Shown here piece after piece: positions 50,384-63,400 of a stretch of DNA of 64,000 nt (position 1 is its first letter; every line of letters starts with the position of its first letter). The stretch lies in assembly GCA_013239625.1 (NCBI GenBank), contig MU054323.1, positions 16,496,029 through 16,560,028 of the forward strand, given 5' to 3'. Both the position numbers and the translations under genes were made by a program. Source of the DNA: Lama guanicoe. Its lineage: Eukaryota. A model generated the notes under the pieces. The model searched no databases, had not been told where the DNA came from, and saw only the letters and a list, made by a program, of their open reading frames with translations.

Positions 50384-51795
50384 AAAATGATTAAATAGTG
50401 TAGCGAATTCTCCGTGCCATCCCACTTATAAGGTTGTTTCGGCCCTGGGGTAAGAGTGAGACTAAAGACACTGGGTCTGCCTCCCTCCATCCCACATTGC
50501 CTCAGTTACCACGTGCCTCTTATTTTGGGATTTTTCAAAGGTGATGCTAACAATACTTGACTTCACCCTACATGCTGACTTTGGAACCTAATGCCTGCTT
50601 AAGACATGGCTACTTTTTATGAGAGGGGCTTCCTGGTTTCAGTTAGAGGTTGTTCTATATGTCTTCTCCAATTCCTTCCAACTCCCAGACAGAGCATAAA
50701 AATATACAAACCAACTAGAGTTACACAGGCTCATACCCAAGGGCCTACGCGGCCGATGAATGATTGAAGTGGCTGGAGCCAAGAAGAGGTCAGAGAAGCC
50801 TCCTTGGAGGAGGCAGTCAACTGTGTTGACATTTTACATTCTGCTCCTTTAAACAATGCACCAGCCATGTTATTGCTGCATAAAAGCATGCCTGCATTGA
50901 TGCTTTTTAATGTTTTCCTTTTTTTCATGTAGTTGAGCACACAAAGTCACAGCTGATGGAATTGATATTTTCAATGCCCAGTGTTGGGGCATTATGTAAT
51001 AGGAGAAGTATGTGTCTGCTGTGTAGCTGATATGCCTCATAATGAGGAGAGGGGTTCCAGTAGTGTCTGCAAGAATGCCAGATTACAAGCAGCAAGTGGA
51101 TAAATAATAGGACTCAGGTTGTTTGATTTTCTTGGCTGCATCTTTTACCCCACTTCCACCAGCCCACTATCAGCTCCCAGTGGGGCTACCAGGAGCCACA
51201 TGAGAGCAGTCTCTCCCTGGCAAGGCAGAATTAAACAAGAGATGAGAGAACATAAGACTTGAAGCAGTAGTTGATTCTTTGGCAAATTAAATAGCTTGTG
51301 ATAACCTCATTCCAAAATTTAACATATCCTCTGCCAAAAATGCAAAATACCAAGTGGAAGAGAAGCACTAGACTTCTCAAGGGCCCCATCCGAGAGCCCT
51401 CACAAACCCATTCAAACATGATTGCTCTCATTATCACCTCCCAACATTTTCAGGGCCCCTTCAACCCCCTGGGTGGCACTCAGGTTTCTTTCAGGCTGTG
51501 ATCCAAGCTTGAAAAATCTCACCAAAGAGCTCATGTGTGGGGTGATGTCTTAGACAGCCCCATTCTCAAGCTTAGCCACACCCAGGAGATGGCATTTTTG
51601 CATAAACAACATGAGGATCCAAAATACAATCTGGCATAGGCTTCATGGTCACAATAAATGATTTTCTTTGGGGTGGGGAGGGGCACTTCAACAAGGCTAT
51701 AGCTATGATGGGGAAACACTATACATTCAAGTTAATAAAATCTCTCCACCATGTTTTAAGGAAGAAGATAAATCTGATGAGATATTGTGTAGATG

Positions 51796-52221
51796 TGTCA
51801 ACTTAGATCCTCTGGGAAGCAGACTCTGGGATGGGAGATGGGAGTATAAGAGATTTATTGGGAGGTAAAGTCTGTGAAAGATAAAGAGGGAGAAGGCAGT
51901 ATTGGGCAGGGAATGTCTTTAGATGGTGATACGGATCTGATACCTGAAATGGGGAAGAGGAGCAAAATTGGGCAAGAAAAGGCTCAGACCAAGTAGGGGA
52001 CAATGGAAACTCCAGGACAAAGACTGCCCATTAGAGGGGTCTATGCCCTGGTGCTCCTCCTCCCAAAGGCTCAGTCATTGTCCAGGGGATGCAGCAGAGT
52101 AAGAAATCAGCTCCAGTGCTGTGGGTAGAATCTCAAGGCATAGCAGATGGCTGGCTGCACTTAGCGCAGCTGAATGTCAATATCTTTCTTGAAGAAAGTT
52201 GTTAGCGGCAGGTCTGTCACA
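51796..52221 (-). mobile_element. LTR40-like ERVL solo LTR
   Basis: 'tcctctgggaagcagactctgggatgggag...agagatttattgggag...ctgtgaaagataaagagggagaaggcag', ending 'tgtcaca'. Confidence 0.75.
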
Positions 52222-52404
52222 GTAGGAACGACCATAAAATAATAAAATGCCAAGGCAGTCTGAATTCATGCATTAAGATTGGATGTGGAAAGAGTATGGC
52301 AAAACATTGTCTATCTAGAAGAGAATATACTGAGCTGCTTGAAATTCAAATGCTTTAGCTTTCTCTCCAGTTCCATATTATGAACACATTAATTCATTAT
52401 TTTT

Positions 52405-52575
52405 AATTCACCATCAGCAACTTTTTATTGATGTTCTACTATAAGGCACTGTGCTTGACCTCTATTCATGTAGAGTTCACGGTGATAGAATCAAATAATG
52501 AAAACAGTGCAAGATAAAGACTCATGGAAATATATGTGAATTATTGCAGAAACTCAGGGAAAGAAGGGCAAAATA
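52405..52575 (-). mobile_element. L2 3' fragment
   Basis: 'tcagcaactttttattgatgttctactataaggcactgtgct'. Confidence 0.6.
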
Positions 52576-54239
52576 TGCAATAATTTAGGCATTTGTTTTA
52601 CTCTTGGATACCCTTGGTCCTGGGAATCTATTTCATACCACACTAACTTGAGCATGTATGTTGTTCAGGTATGCCTCCAAAATGAGTTGGAATAGGTTAG
52701 ATGAGGAATTATTGGTAACCATCTCTAGAGAAGAAAGTTCTCTGTTGCAAAGGAGGGCAAGGTCTCAGTTACCAAATTTAGACCACAACGGGATCCAAAG
52801 CAGTCCATTTTTAGAAAATGGAGAGTATCTGCTCTATCCCAATCAAACTGGACCTCAACTCCAGGTGGAGAAAGCCATGCGTTTTTCATTCATGAAAGTA
52901 GAAAGCTCATGGGCTCAGGGACAATTTTTGCCACCCAGAAAGGTTAGGGGACCCCTTTTTATCACTGAGATTTCTTTTCCTTCTGGCCGCATAGACCTGA
53001 TGCCTGGGGGAGGCCAAAGAGTTCACATGTTCAACCACACCTTGATGTGTATTGTTCTAGGGTAAGGATCTGAGGTAGGTTTGGGGGTTATGGAATGGTT
53101 TATAAAACATGGCTCTGCTCTTAAGGGGCAGATAGTATCAGGTCTTGAAAAACCCCCTAGTTCCCATGGAGCTCTTTCTTGTCCTAGGACTGTCTCTGGG
53201 CAACTCTGATAGCTCAGATCCCATGACCTCAGACTGGCTGTGTCTGCTTCTTGCCTGCGCCTTGGCTGCTACCCTGGGCACTGCCACCTCCAGCCTGCCT
53301 AACAGTTCAGTCTACAGCTTTGCTACTGCTGTTATTGCATTGGTTTCACACTGTAGGATCTTACCACGGCCTGAAGCCATTGCACCCACCTGACATATGG
53401 GCTGGACCCCCCATTATCCAGACAAGCATCGACTGGGATCACAACTAGTCTTTGTCAATCCATATTAATGTGTAATTATCCACAGTGGCTCAGGAATCAC
53501 GGCATTTTCTGAAGACCTGTCATGCATGTCTTGAGATGTTTTTTTAACAACAGGGAAAAATAGATCAACCCTATGTGAACTGATACAAAACCAACTTCCA
53601 AGTGCAGAATGACTTGCATCTTAATGCTGAAAAAATATACAAAAATGTATCATATTTTATTCCCAAAGCTTATTCTTTGTTTCCTTGTCCTGAAGCAGGA
53701 TAACTGGAATTCTGTCATGTTTTCTTTATTCTTTTTCTTCCTAGTCCTTTATATTTTACCTACAAATCACCCCATTGGTAAGACAGGCTCTGTTAAGAAC
53801 CACATGCTTCCTCAAGAGTAAACCTCACATTCTTCTTCTGATTGTTGCCCCATGACAGGTCAAGGAAAATAGTTTTGTTTTCACAGTGAAGCCACAGACA
53901 TAAATCTCCAGGATTAAGACCCTTACAGCAATCCAGCATGCTCATCTCACCATCGTCATGCATACTCCTTCAGGTTCACTTTCTGGCAGACAGACTAAGA
54001 GAGATTCTTTCTAGAAAACTGAAAAGCTGGAGGACAACAGTGCTTTCAGCAGCCCTTAGCTCCATGTTGACTGCTCAGTGGGTATCCTAAACTGTGGGTC
54101 CTGACCTCCGTTTGCATCCAAACAACAAGACAAACCTCTTGGATTTTTTTCTTTTACTTCCTTGTTGTATTTCCTGCTCTTCCTCCTCCCTAGCTCCTCT
54201 GCTTAACTTCTTTGTTTTTAACCTACAGTCCACAGTAAT

Positions 54240-54452
54240 GGTGGAGACAGAGCACTTGGCTTGGAGTTAGAAAGAACCAGGCTCAAAGCCCTCCTTCTCT
54301 GCTTTCAAGCTGCGTGACCTTCAGTGCCATAGCTCAGCCTGTTTCCACAGCTGGAATTGAGGAATAATCACTTCACAGGGTTTGGGGGCAGTGGGGGGAA
54401 CCAAATGGCAAAACATATATAAAGCTGTCTGGCATACAGGCCCTTAATAAAA
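54240..54452 (+). mobile_element. MIR SINE
   Basis: 'agagcacttggcttggagttagaaagaaccaggctcaaagccc...gctgcgtgacctt...tggcatacaggcccttaataaa'. Confidence 0.75.
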
Positions 54453-55304
54453 TCCATGAGTCCCCACTCCCCTGGCTAAATGCTCGTCTGAAACAGGACT
54501 CACAGTTAGCAGGTCCACTCACGTCCCCAAAGGTGAGAGAGCTGATTTGTCAACAGAAGTCACCTGCAGTGGCCAACTAAGAAGGTCCAAGCTTAGGATG
54601 CAAACCACTCAGCTTTACTGCAGTATCCAGATTGACTGCAGTATCCGCTGCCATCTATCCTCAAGTAGAACCCGAGCTACGGTTTTCTGCAGGAGTTAAA
54701 GAATCCATTTGCCTTTCCCTTTCTCCTTTTCCTGGGTTTAGAGGCCCTGACATTGTCCCAGAAGAATCAAATTAGACGAACCAGTTTACATGAGTGAATA
54801 AGTTTATCAAAATATTTTCCTTTAGCCTGGCAAATATTCCTCCAAGCCACCACACCCTCTGGACTACCTCTTCCCTATCGACTCTTCTTCCACACCCATA
54901 TGTCCTTATTTCCTGCCAACATCATTGTTGCCAAAAATAATCACTTTAAAAATGGCCTAGAGAATTATTAAATGAGATGAGTGGTTGCACCACTCAACCT
55001 AAGACTGAGAGGAGACCCAAGAACTCTGTCTCCCATGATGAATCACGTGGACAGTCCTCCTGCATTTCAAGGGCTTCCCCATTTGACCCCATCAGGCTTT
55101 CCATCTTCGGCTCTTGCTGGGTCCCAGTATGAAACTGAGTCCCAAGTAGAGAGGTCTTCCCTACTCTCCATCTGTGTCCTTACTCCTCTGCCCCAACCTC
55201 AGTTTGAATTTCTTCTTTTCTCCCTTCTACAACCAATTTTCATTCATCCTTCAAGGGCCGCCACAAGCCCTCTACCATGCTTCTTTCCCATAGGCAGGCA
55301 GCAC

Positions 55305-55527
55305 GCGTGAGTTTTGGATTCAGCTATTTCTGGGTTTGAATCTCCCTCTCTTTTTAGTTGTGGAACTTAGAGCAATTCCCTCACACTTTCTTTGCCTCAG
55401 ATTCCATACCTGTAAAACAGGATAACACCCCCTCACCGTGTTGTTAGAAGGATTAAATGAGATGAAATGTAGAGCAGGGTACCTGGTAAGTAGTAACTGA
55501 TCACTAAATAATGGGCATTATTATTAT
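55305..55527 (+). mobile_element. MIR SINE
   Basis: 'ctgggtttgaatctc...gcctcagattccatacctgtaaaacaggataac...gaaggattaaatgagatga'. Confidence 0.88.
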
Positions 55528-55960
55528 CCTCCTGTTCTGCCACATCTCAAACTCATTGTCAACTAATGGCAGTGCTGTACAATTTGACCACATTATATTT
55601 AGTTCATGACCAACTGCAGAGATTAGGTTTGTGAAAACCTTTGTGGTGGGAAAATTTCCACTTGAGGAACATGTGACCTTATGAGAAAAATGGGATTAGG
55701 GAAAAATGAGATTACAAATACTAAAATATGTCAGTAAAGGCAGAACATTAAACAAAGAAACTATAGCCATATTTTATGTGTATCACATTAGTGAGAATTA
55801 ACTTCCACTTATTATCTCTTGCTCACTTTTCTGGGCACTTTGACTCTGCAGAGTCCAAATGATGCTTCTGCATTCAGTTTGCTTTGTAACAGCTAGCGCT
55901 GATAGCATGAGACTTTCTGATCTAGGCCTGTTCCTCCACCCAAGTGTTTAATGCATTTTT

Positions 55961-56153
55961 AAATTGAAGGATAATTGATTCACAATGTTGTGTTAGCTTC
56001 AGGTGTACAGCAAAGTGATTCAGATATGTATGTGTGTGTGTGTATTCTTTTTCAGTTTCTTTTCCATTATAGCTTATTACAAGATATTAAATACAGTTCC
56101 CTGTGCTATACTGTAGGTCCTTGTTGTTTATCTATTTTGTATATAGTAGTGTG
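55961..56153 (-). mobile_element. Young, severely 5'-truncated L1 3'UTR (cetartiodactyl type) with a perfect 13-bp TSD
   Basis: 'aattgaaggataattgattcacaatgttgtgttagcttcaggtgtacagcaaagtgattcag...gttccctgtgctatactgtaggtccttgttg'. TTAATGCATTTTT lies at 55948-55960 and 56154-56166. Confidence 0.92.
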
Positions 56154-57296
56154 TTAATGCATTTTTGATTTCGTGACTTTGAGCTATTGACTGTGGCTTC
56201 CCAGATTCTTCCTTCTTAGCCTATCTTACAACATCTCAGCATCCTTGAAGAAACTGATCCATGCCAGCCTTCTTTTCTCTGCTTCCCCAGCCTAAGAGTA
56301 TCCTGAATCTGGAGGAAGAGTTAAATCTATTTTCACTGAAGGGTTTCTGCCTTATTCTCAAAGCTGTGCTCAGCCTAGGAGAGGAAGTCAGGTGTTGTGG
56401 TCCTGGTCCAGCTCCCTCTTTCACTCACACTGCACAGAAGGTGAGACTCCACTCCTGAAGGCTTCTGAGGAGACATGTCCTCTCATCCTAACCCTCCCTT
56501 CCTTCTTTTCCCCTCCTTCAGGCCTCAGCTCTTTACCTCTTTGCCCTCTTCATGCCTCTACTTTCCCCATTTTCTCCAGAGTGCCTTCCTCCCTCCAGGA
56601 ATAATTTGGCTCCCAGGCCTAAGATTCCTCTGGCCTGGGCTGTGTCAGGTGTTCTTGGATTGCCTCGACTTCCCTCCCCAGTGACTGCAGGCTCCTGGGA
56701 AGGGAGGGAGGAGGGTGGTTCTGATCTCCTCTATAGGGAAAAAGTGAGGGCACTTGCACACTGTACTGAGATTTCTCCTCCAAAATTTCTCCAAAGTTCA
56801 ACACACCTCACTGTGGGGGTTCATTTCTTTGCAGAGTCTCTCAACTGGGCTCCATTTTTAGTCTTTCTAGTAACATAATGTGATTCTTTTCCATGAGAAC
56901 CTAGAGACCTTATCTACCATTATAAGGTGGGTGTTGGTGGCAGCGGGGGAAAGAGAAGGTAAGTCCCTAAAATAGACTCACATTTCTGAAAGGATGACTA
57001 CGAATGTTGGTATTGAGTTACTGACCTTGCTGCCTGATGACCAAAACCAGCACTGTCTATAAGAGGATATTCAGTGGCTCCGAGGCTCAGGGCAGCCTCT
57101 GGGACAGCTGTTTTGCCAGTGTTGTTCTTTCTTAAGTATGGTTATGATGAATACCCTTTATTAGAGTTTGTGGGACTGTATCTCTGTATCTTGCATCCTG
57201 AAAGAACCTCATTGACAGTATGGGTAGAGCTGGGCAAATAAAGAAAAACTTGTGGTCTCTAGTTGAGGAGATGGACTTATAGACAGTAATGTCAGT

Positions 57297-57755
57297 AAGT
57301 GGAGTTTTCGTTGCTGCCACCACAAATTACCACAAACTTGGTAACTTAAACTAACACAGATTTATTCTGTTACAGTTCTGGAAGCCAGAAATCTCAAATC
57401 AGTTTCACTAGGCTAAAGTCAAGGTGTCAACAGGGCTGGAGGCCCATCTGGAAGCTGCGGGGAGAATCCATTTCCTTGCCTTTTCTAGCTTCTGGGGGCT
57501 GCCTGCTTTCCTTGGCTCATGACTCCAACCTCTTGTTTCCATCATTTTATCTATTTCTGTCTGACTTCTGTCTTCTCCTGTATTCCTCTTATAAGGATCA
57601 CTGTGGTAACGTTAGACCCACCTGAATAATCTCCCTGTTTCAAGATCCTCAAGTTGATCCCATCTACAAAGTCCCCTTTGCCATATAAGGTACCATTCAC
57701 ATGTTCTGGGGATTAGGACTTGGGTATCTTGGGGTCTATTAGTCAGCAGACCACA
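57297..57755 (-). mobile_element. MLT1C/D-type MaLR solo LTR
   Basis: 'acaaattaccacaaacttggtaacttaaac...ggggagaatccatttccttgccttttctagcttctgg...ggggattaggacttgggtatcttgggg...gaccaca'. Confidence 0.92.
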
Positions 57756-58565
57756 TGGAGCAAGTACAGTGATTGGTGTAAACACAGGGGGCTGTGGGCA
57801 TCCACACTAGGGACAACTGGACCATGGTAGAGAAAGTCAAGCATGTAGTAAGCTCTCAGCAAAGTTTTCTTTATAATGCAATTTTCCCTTTCCCCATTCT
57901 CTCAGTGTGTCTACCATCTCAGGACTGCAGGAAAGATATGAATGTGAAGAGCCTGTCAGATGTGTCACTCAGGGTGCTGCTGCCCTGCTCCCCATCCCGT
58001 CTTGGTTAAAGGGCATCAAGCTTGCCCATTTCCCAAAAGAGGATTTGGAAATGGCCTCAGTACCCCACTTCCTCCAGACAAGGGTGTACAATGATATGTG
58101 CTAGGAGTCATAATTGGGAGTAAGATCGCTTTTCTCAGGGATGATGGCTTGGGATGAGCAGAGGCTCAAGGTGATGTTTCCTCAGCAAACAGAAACCAAG
58201 GTGAGGGGTTCCTGACCATGATTTGAGTTGGAGCTGAGATGTATCAGAGGAAAACTGTATGGCATTTATCCCTTGGATTTAGGGGAGTGATTTTGAATAG
58301 AGTAACCAGGTAGTTATTAAAAATTATTCCAGACACCAAAAAGACTGATACGGGTGGTTCTGTTAGGAAGGGAGGCTTTGTTTCCTGGAGAATGGGGAGG
58401 TTAATTAAGAAGTAAGGGTGTTTATAAGTAGGATGCTTAGTGGAGGTGGTGATGTTGGCCTTGTCATTAAATATTTTCCTGATATGAAAATACTCTCTTG
58501 GCCCTTACTTCTGGAGAAGTTTGATATTCTTTATTAGGCATTCGTTTATTCATTTCAAAATAAAA

Positions 58566-58603
58566 GTGTGTGTGTGTGCATGCGTGTGTTGTGTGTGCAT
58601 GTG
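58566..58603. repeat. Imperfect (TG)n microsatellite
   Basis: Read directly. Similar tracts occur at ~10315-10346, ~43580-43640 and ~48877-48895. Confidence 0.85.
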
Positions 58604-61600
58604 TTCCCAACCAAAAGTCAGAAGCAGGGACTATCTTACCTAGTACATAGAGATTTAAAGCCTAGATGGATGGTTGGATGGGAGGATGGAAGCATGGATG
58701 ACCTGTCATAATTGGAACCTCCAGCTCTAAGATCTCTGTCTCTGAATCCAGACAGAGAAAAGAGTGGATTCACTAGATTTGGGAGAGTATCATTCAAAAC
58801 TTTTTCAAGAAGCATTTGCAGCTACTTCTGGTTTATCTCTACTAGTGTATTTGTTTTCTCTGAAGCCATGTTCTGGCAGGGCCACCTGTGACTTATGCTT
58901 GGGGTTATGGAAGGTGGCTTTCCCTTCCCTTTCACACAATCACTGAGTATCATGCTGCCCTTCTGTTTCCTTCTCTGCCTTTCTGCATCAATTTTCAGCT
59001 TATCTGAATTCTCATTGTGAATGCTCATATGGGCCAATTCCATTCATTGCTCCACAAAAGATTTCTTGGACTCTATTTTCTAGAGTAATTTAGCTGACTT
59101 CAATATGAATCAAAAGAAGCCAAAAGAGGTTGACTTCAATATGAACCAAAAAGGAATGATGTTTGGCAACCTTTTGATAGCAATTATAACGATTAAGGGA
59201 GCACACTGTCCCAGGCTAGCTGTGGGTGCAGGACACCAACGCCTTAGCTACAATGGACGTCAGATGAGAGTCTGGGGCCCACGGGGCATGGAAGATATTG
59301 CTTGAGACTAACTCCTGGTGGTGGTGGGGCCTTTGGCTTCACAGAAGGGTTAAGTCTCTCATTATCATTTAAGGAACTTACGGCCTAATGACTGCTTAAC
59401 TTAATTCTATTAGCTCTCTTACTGTATTTAATAAAACTCTTTAACTATAAAGAGTTACTGGTCTTACTGGTTTTGTGTTTGAAGATGCTGCACAATAATC
59501 AGCAATGAGACCTTCTTTTTCTCTGAAGGAGAATGAACAATGGATTGGGAAAACAGAAAGTTTACAGTGGTTCCTTATGAAGTTGCTAGACCAATACCAG
59601 CTAGGACTAAGGATGAGAGCTTTTCCCTGCTTTGAGTCCCCAGCTAAATTCCTAGGCTAATTCTATGTGAATCATGCTAAGCAGAGTTTTGAGAGTCATA
59701 TATGGTGAATTAATGACTTCCCAACAGCTTATGTCAGCCTAGCTATACTTTCCCGAATTCACTGGATAATTGCCCAACGCTGTTTAATTAATTGGATTTT
59801 ACATAAGGGAAGTGACATTACTGAGTGATGGCAAGTTCACAAAAGTAATACGTTAAGAAAATTAAGGGTATTTTTTTGCAAACTCGAGGCCACCAATGCT
59901 TATTCCAAACTCTAAATCTGTAAAGATCAAAAGTTCTGCTGGAGGAAAAAGCATACCAAAGCCATGGAGAAACGTTAGTTTTGGCAAGATGAGCAAAGAG
60001 AAGTGGGAAGAAAGGAAGCAAACAAAATACAGGGAGGAAATTCTACCTTAACTCTCCTCACAAAAGTTTCATTAAAAAACAACAAACAATCAGCCAGCAG
60101 TCTTTTTATATCATTGAAAAAAATAATTAAAAGAAAAATATTTAAAATGAGCAACCTCTGCAGGTTCTGCTCTTTTCAACATATGAAATTCTGAATTTTA
60201 AAAGTTTTGTGGAATTTAATCTCTTAAGAAATTAGGAAGGTCCAAATGCTCGCAGCCTCAGCGGTTGGTAAGGCTGGGTCTCTCCTTCTAGGTAAGAAAT
60301 ACACTCACTCTGCGTAAATGTGGCTATGTCGTTAGGTGAAACCCCACCCCTGAAACATAATGATTCGATTTGGTGGGCTTTAATAAGGGTATCAAGTCCA
60401 ATACTCCAACAAGGGAGTTAAGAAGTCACTCAGTTGTGCTTGCCCAGCAGAAACAGTAGAAATACAGTTCAAATTCCTCACCTAAGTTGTTGATTTCCAT
60501 TGACTTTAAAACAGAAAACCATATCAGGCTACATGATAGCACCATTTGCAGAGATGAATCAAGTGTAAGAGCATTTATTTTTTCGCTATCACATACATGC
60601 CTGGCAATGGTAAACACGCAGATGTAGGATAGAACATGGCTTCCTTTTCATGCTTTATCCCACCTCAAAGCTACCTGGCCTCAGGGAGCTAGTTCCCTGG
60701 GGAAGCTGAGTTGTGTACAATCTATAGTGCTAGTTCCTTTTGCTCGTAGAACTCATGTGAGTAGGATGAATAATGGAACTTATCCTTCATAGTAAAAGCT
60801 CCCAAATTCTTCCCTGTACAGCCAGTTTAAGCCCAACTGCAGCATTTGGCCTGTACTCAAAGAAAGAATGAAATTCAACTACAGCCTGTGCTTGAGTACA
60901 CCTGAATTTATGGCCTATTTCTCTGCTTGCTCCATTCTCCATGGGACAGATCTGAGTATGTTTCATTTTCGTTGAGAGCAACCCAACTCCAGGCCACAAA
61001 AATCAATAGAAGCCCTGTACTCATTTTGGCTGCAAAGCTAGAGAACAAGGTGAGAAATTGTCCCCAAGTTAATAAAAGGAAGTAGAGTACGTGCACACAC
61101 ACTCACCCAAACACAGGCGTTTGAATTCACTTCCACATGGGCTGCCAGGGGAAACTGACTGTAAACGAAGTCGGCACAGAGCACAGAAAGTGATCAGCTA
61201 TGATGAACGTGATAAAAATGACCACTGTGCTCCCCCTAAAAGAAAGGATGGTGAAGAAAGACCAACAAAATGAATGTGAATGAGATCTGTGGTTATTATC
61301 AAGTGTAGCATTTCCCATCCCTGACTGAGATTTGAGTGATTTGATAAGTCGTTAAAAAATATAGACGTTAAGTCTATCTTATAGAACTTTGGGGAGAGAA
61401 TAAGGAGAGAGCGTTAACAATTAAACCTGTAATAGGTAAAGGGAGCATTCTTGTCCTAAACTCTCAGATCTGGGTCCTTTCTTGGGAGAGTATCTCAAAT
61501 GTTGTATTGTAAGTTTTGATTGTGTGTACACGGTGGGGCAGCGTATATGGCTGTTTAACATAACTATCCTAGGGATATGGCTGCAGTTGAGGAATAGTTC

Positions 61601-61939
61601 ACTCTCAGAAGCAAGTACAAAAAAATCTTGGCTCATATATACGATCTACCTTTTCTCACTTTCAATGTTAATAATCTCTTTTCATGTGGGCAAAGAAAGA
61701 CCTTATTCTGGGTACAGTGTGCATACTTTCATAAAGAAAATTTCCAATCTCTCCCTCATGATAAGTGCTCTGAGACAGGTCTTCACGGGACACTTAACAG
61801 GCTTTGGGAGCCCTGGACTATGAATGCAAAGCAGTCGTCTCTTTCAGAGGGTTACTGGACTTCCAGAAAGTCAGTTTTCTGACTCTCCACTTTAGGGACT
61901 AATGGAAACAATCCTTACCTCAGTTGTAGACTCTGCCTC

Positions 61940-62420
61940 ACAAACTAAAACTAGAAATGATCCAGGTATTTGTTAGCAAGTGAAAAACAAGTTGTGGTGA
62001 CTCCATGCGAATGGAACACTACTCAGCAATAAAAAGGAATGAACTCCATTATTACCTGTAATAGCATGAATCAATCTCAGAATAGTTCTGAGGAGTAAAG
62101 AAGTCAGACAAAAAAGAGGCCATATTGTATAATAGTTCCAATCATATAAAATTCTAGAAAATGCGAAGTAATTAGAGTGACTGAAAGCAGATGACTGGCT
62201 GGTTATCTGAGCATGGGGCTGTGGGCCAGAGAAGGGCAGGAGGAAGGGACAACAAGGGGCCATCAGGAAACTTTTGGGGTGATGACTGTGTTCATTATTG
62301 ATTGTGGTGATAATCTTATGGCTGAAAACATATGTTAAAGTTTATCAGACTGTACATGTTGAATATGTGTAGTATATTGTACATTAATACCTGTCAATAA
62401 AACTGTTTAAAAATGAAAAA
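61940..62420 (+). mobile_element. Old L1 3' end (L1MC/MD type), apparently inserted into a MIR whose 3' part follows at ~62425-62490
   Basis: 'atggaacactactcagcaataaaaaggaatgaact...ggaaacttttggggtgatg...tcaataaaactgtttaaaaa', then 'agcacttagcactgtgcgtggcatatg...gctcagtaaatagg'. Confidence 0.9.
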
Positions 62421-63299
62421 GATATATATAGATAGCACTTAGCACTGTGCGTGGCATATGTTCTGCGCTCAGTAAATAGGGGCTATTTTTATCATTTTCA
62501 CGCTGGGCTTCACTCGCACCAGTTTCCATAATTACAGGAGCTAAAGCCACAGAGGAGGCATCAGGAGCCTTTGCATTTGTGTCAGCAAAACACAGGGCGG
62601 GGGTTTCAACCTCCTCTGAGGATCAGGCATCGAACAGTTAAAAAAATCTATTGTAAATGCCTGGATAAAAAGGGAATTTTGAGCTACTGTTTTAATCAGG
62701 TGAAAGCCAATTTGATGCTTCACTATTTGAAACTTTCTGATTTTCTTGCCTCCTAAATTCAGTCTTCTGGTTACTGGGGAAACACATTTCCCCCCCTGAA
62801 TCTGTATCTGTCCTCTAATCACCCAGGAACTGCAATGTCGATTTTGTTTCACACAGAAGAATTATAAAATTGATCAGAGAGGGTTCATGATAAAGACAGG
62901 AATCCAAAGGTACCAGGAGGCCTAAGCAAGGACTTCTCAGGTCAGGCCAGCCCCTGGGCCAGGTGCCCCTGCCTTAGGGATGTCACCCACACCTGGTATT
63001 AGTTCTCATTCAGATTCTGAGTCTAAAGTGATGAGGAATTGACCTGTGTGTAGGAGGGGCCCCACCATGCAGACCTCTGTCCGTCCAGGACTTCTAGTGC
63101 ACTTAGGAAGCCATTGGCAGGGTTGGAATGCCTCAGAGAGGTGGAGATTTGCACCCCCTCAGAAATGTCAGAGAATAAGACCAGAGGTCAGGGAGGAAAG
63201 TGTGTCCAGGAGAGGTGTCCCAAAGCCCAGGTTAATCAGCTGATTGATGATTGACCCTGGGGAAAGGGTGAAGTCTGCAAAACACGGCTTTTAGTCTAC

Positions 63300-63400
63300 A
63301 AGCATTCATTTAGCAACTGTCACACACCAAGCACTATATTAAGCCATGGGGAAGCATTGGTGAACAGGAAACAGGAACTTGAAGTTCACTGGGAAAATGG
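63300..63400 (-). mobile_element. L2 3' terminus
   Basis: 'cattcatttagcaactg...ccaagcactatattaagccatggggaagcattggtgaacagga'. Confidence 0.6.

Noticed and set aside
52658..53065. 135-aa ATG-initiated ORF
   Set aside because: No recognisable protein family, and the length is within chance expectation for 64 kb across six frames.
59095..59151. Repeat-spacer-repeat pattern as a CRISPR array
   Set aside because: Only two copies, mammalian context and no cas genes.
60537..60548. TAGCACCATTTG, the first 12 nt of miR-29b
   Set aside because: The sequence diverges immediately afterwards and there is no 5' arm.
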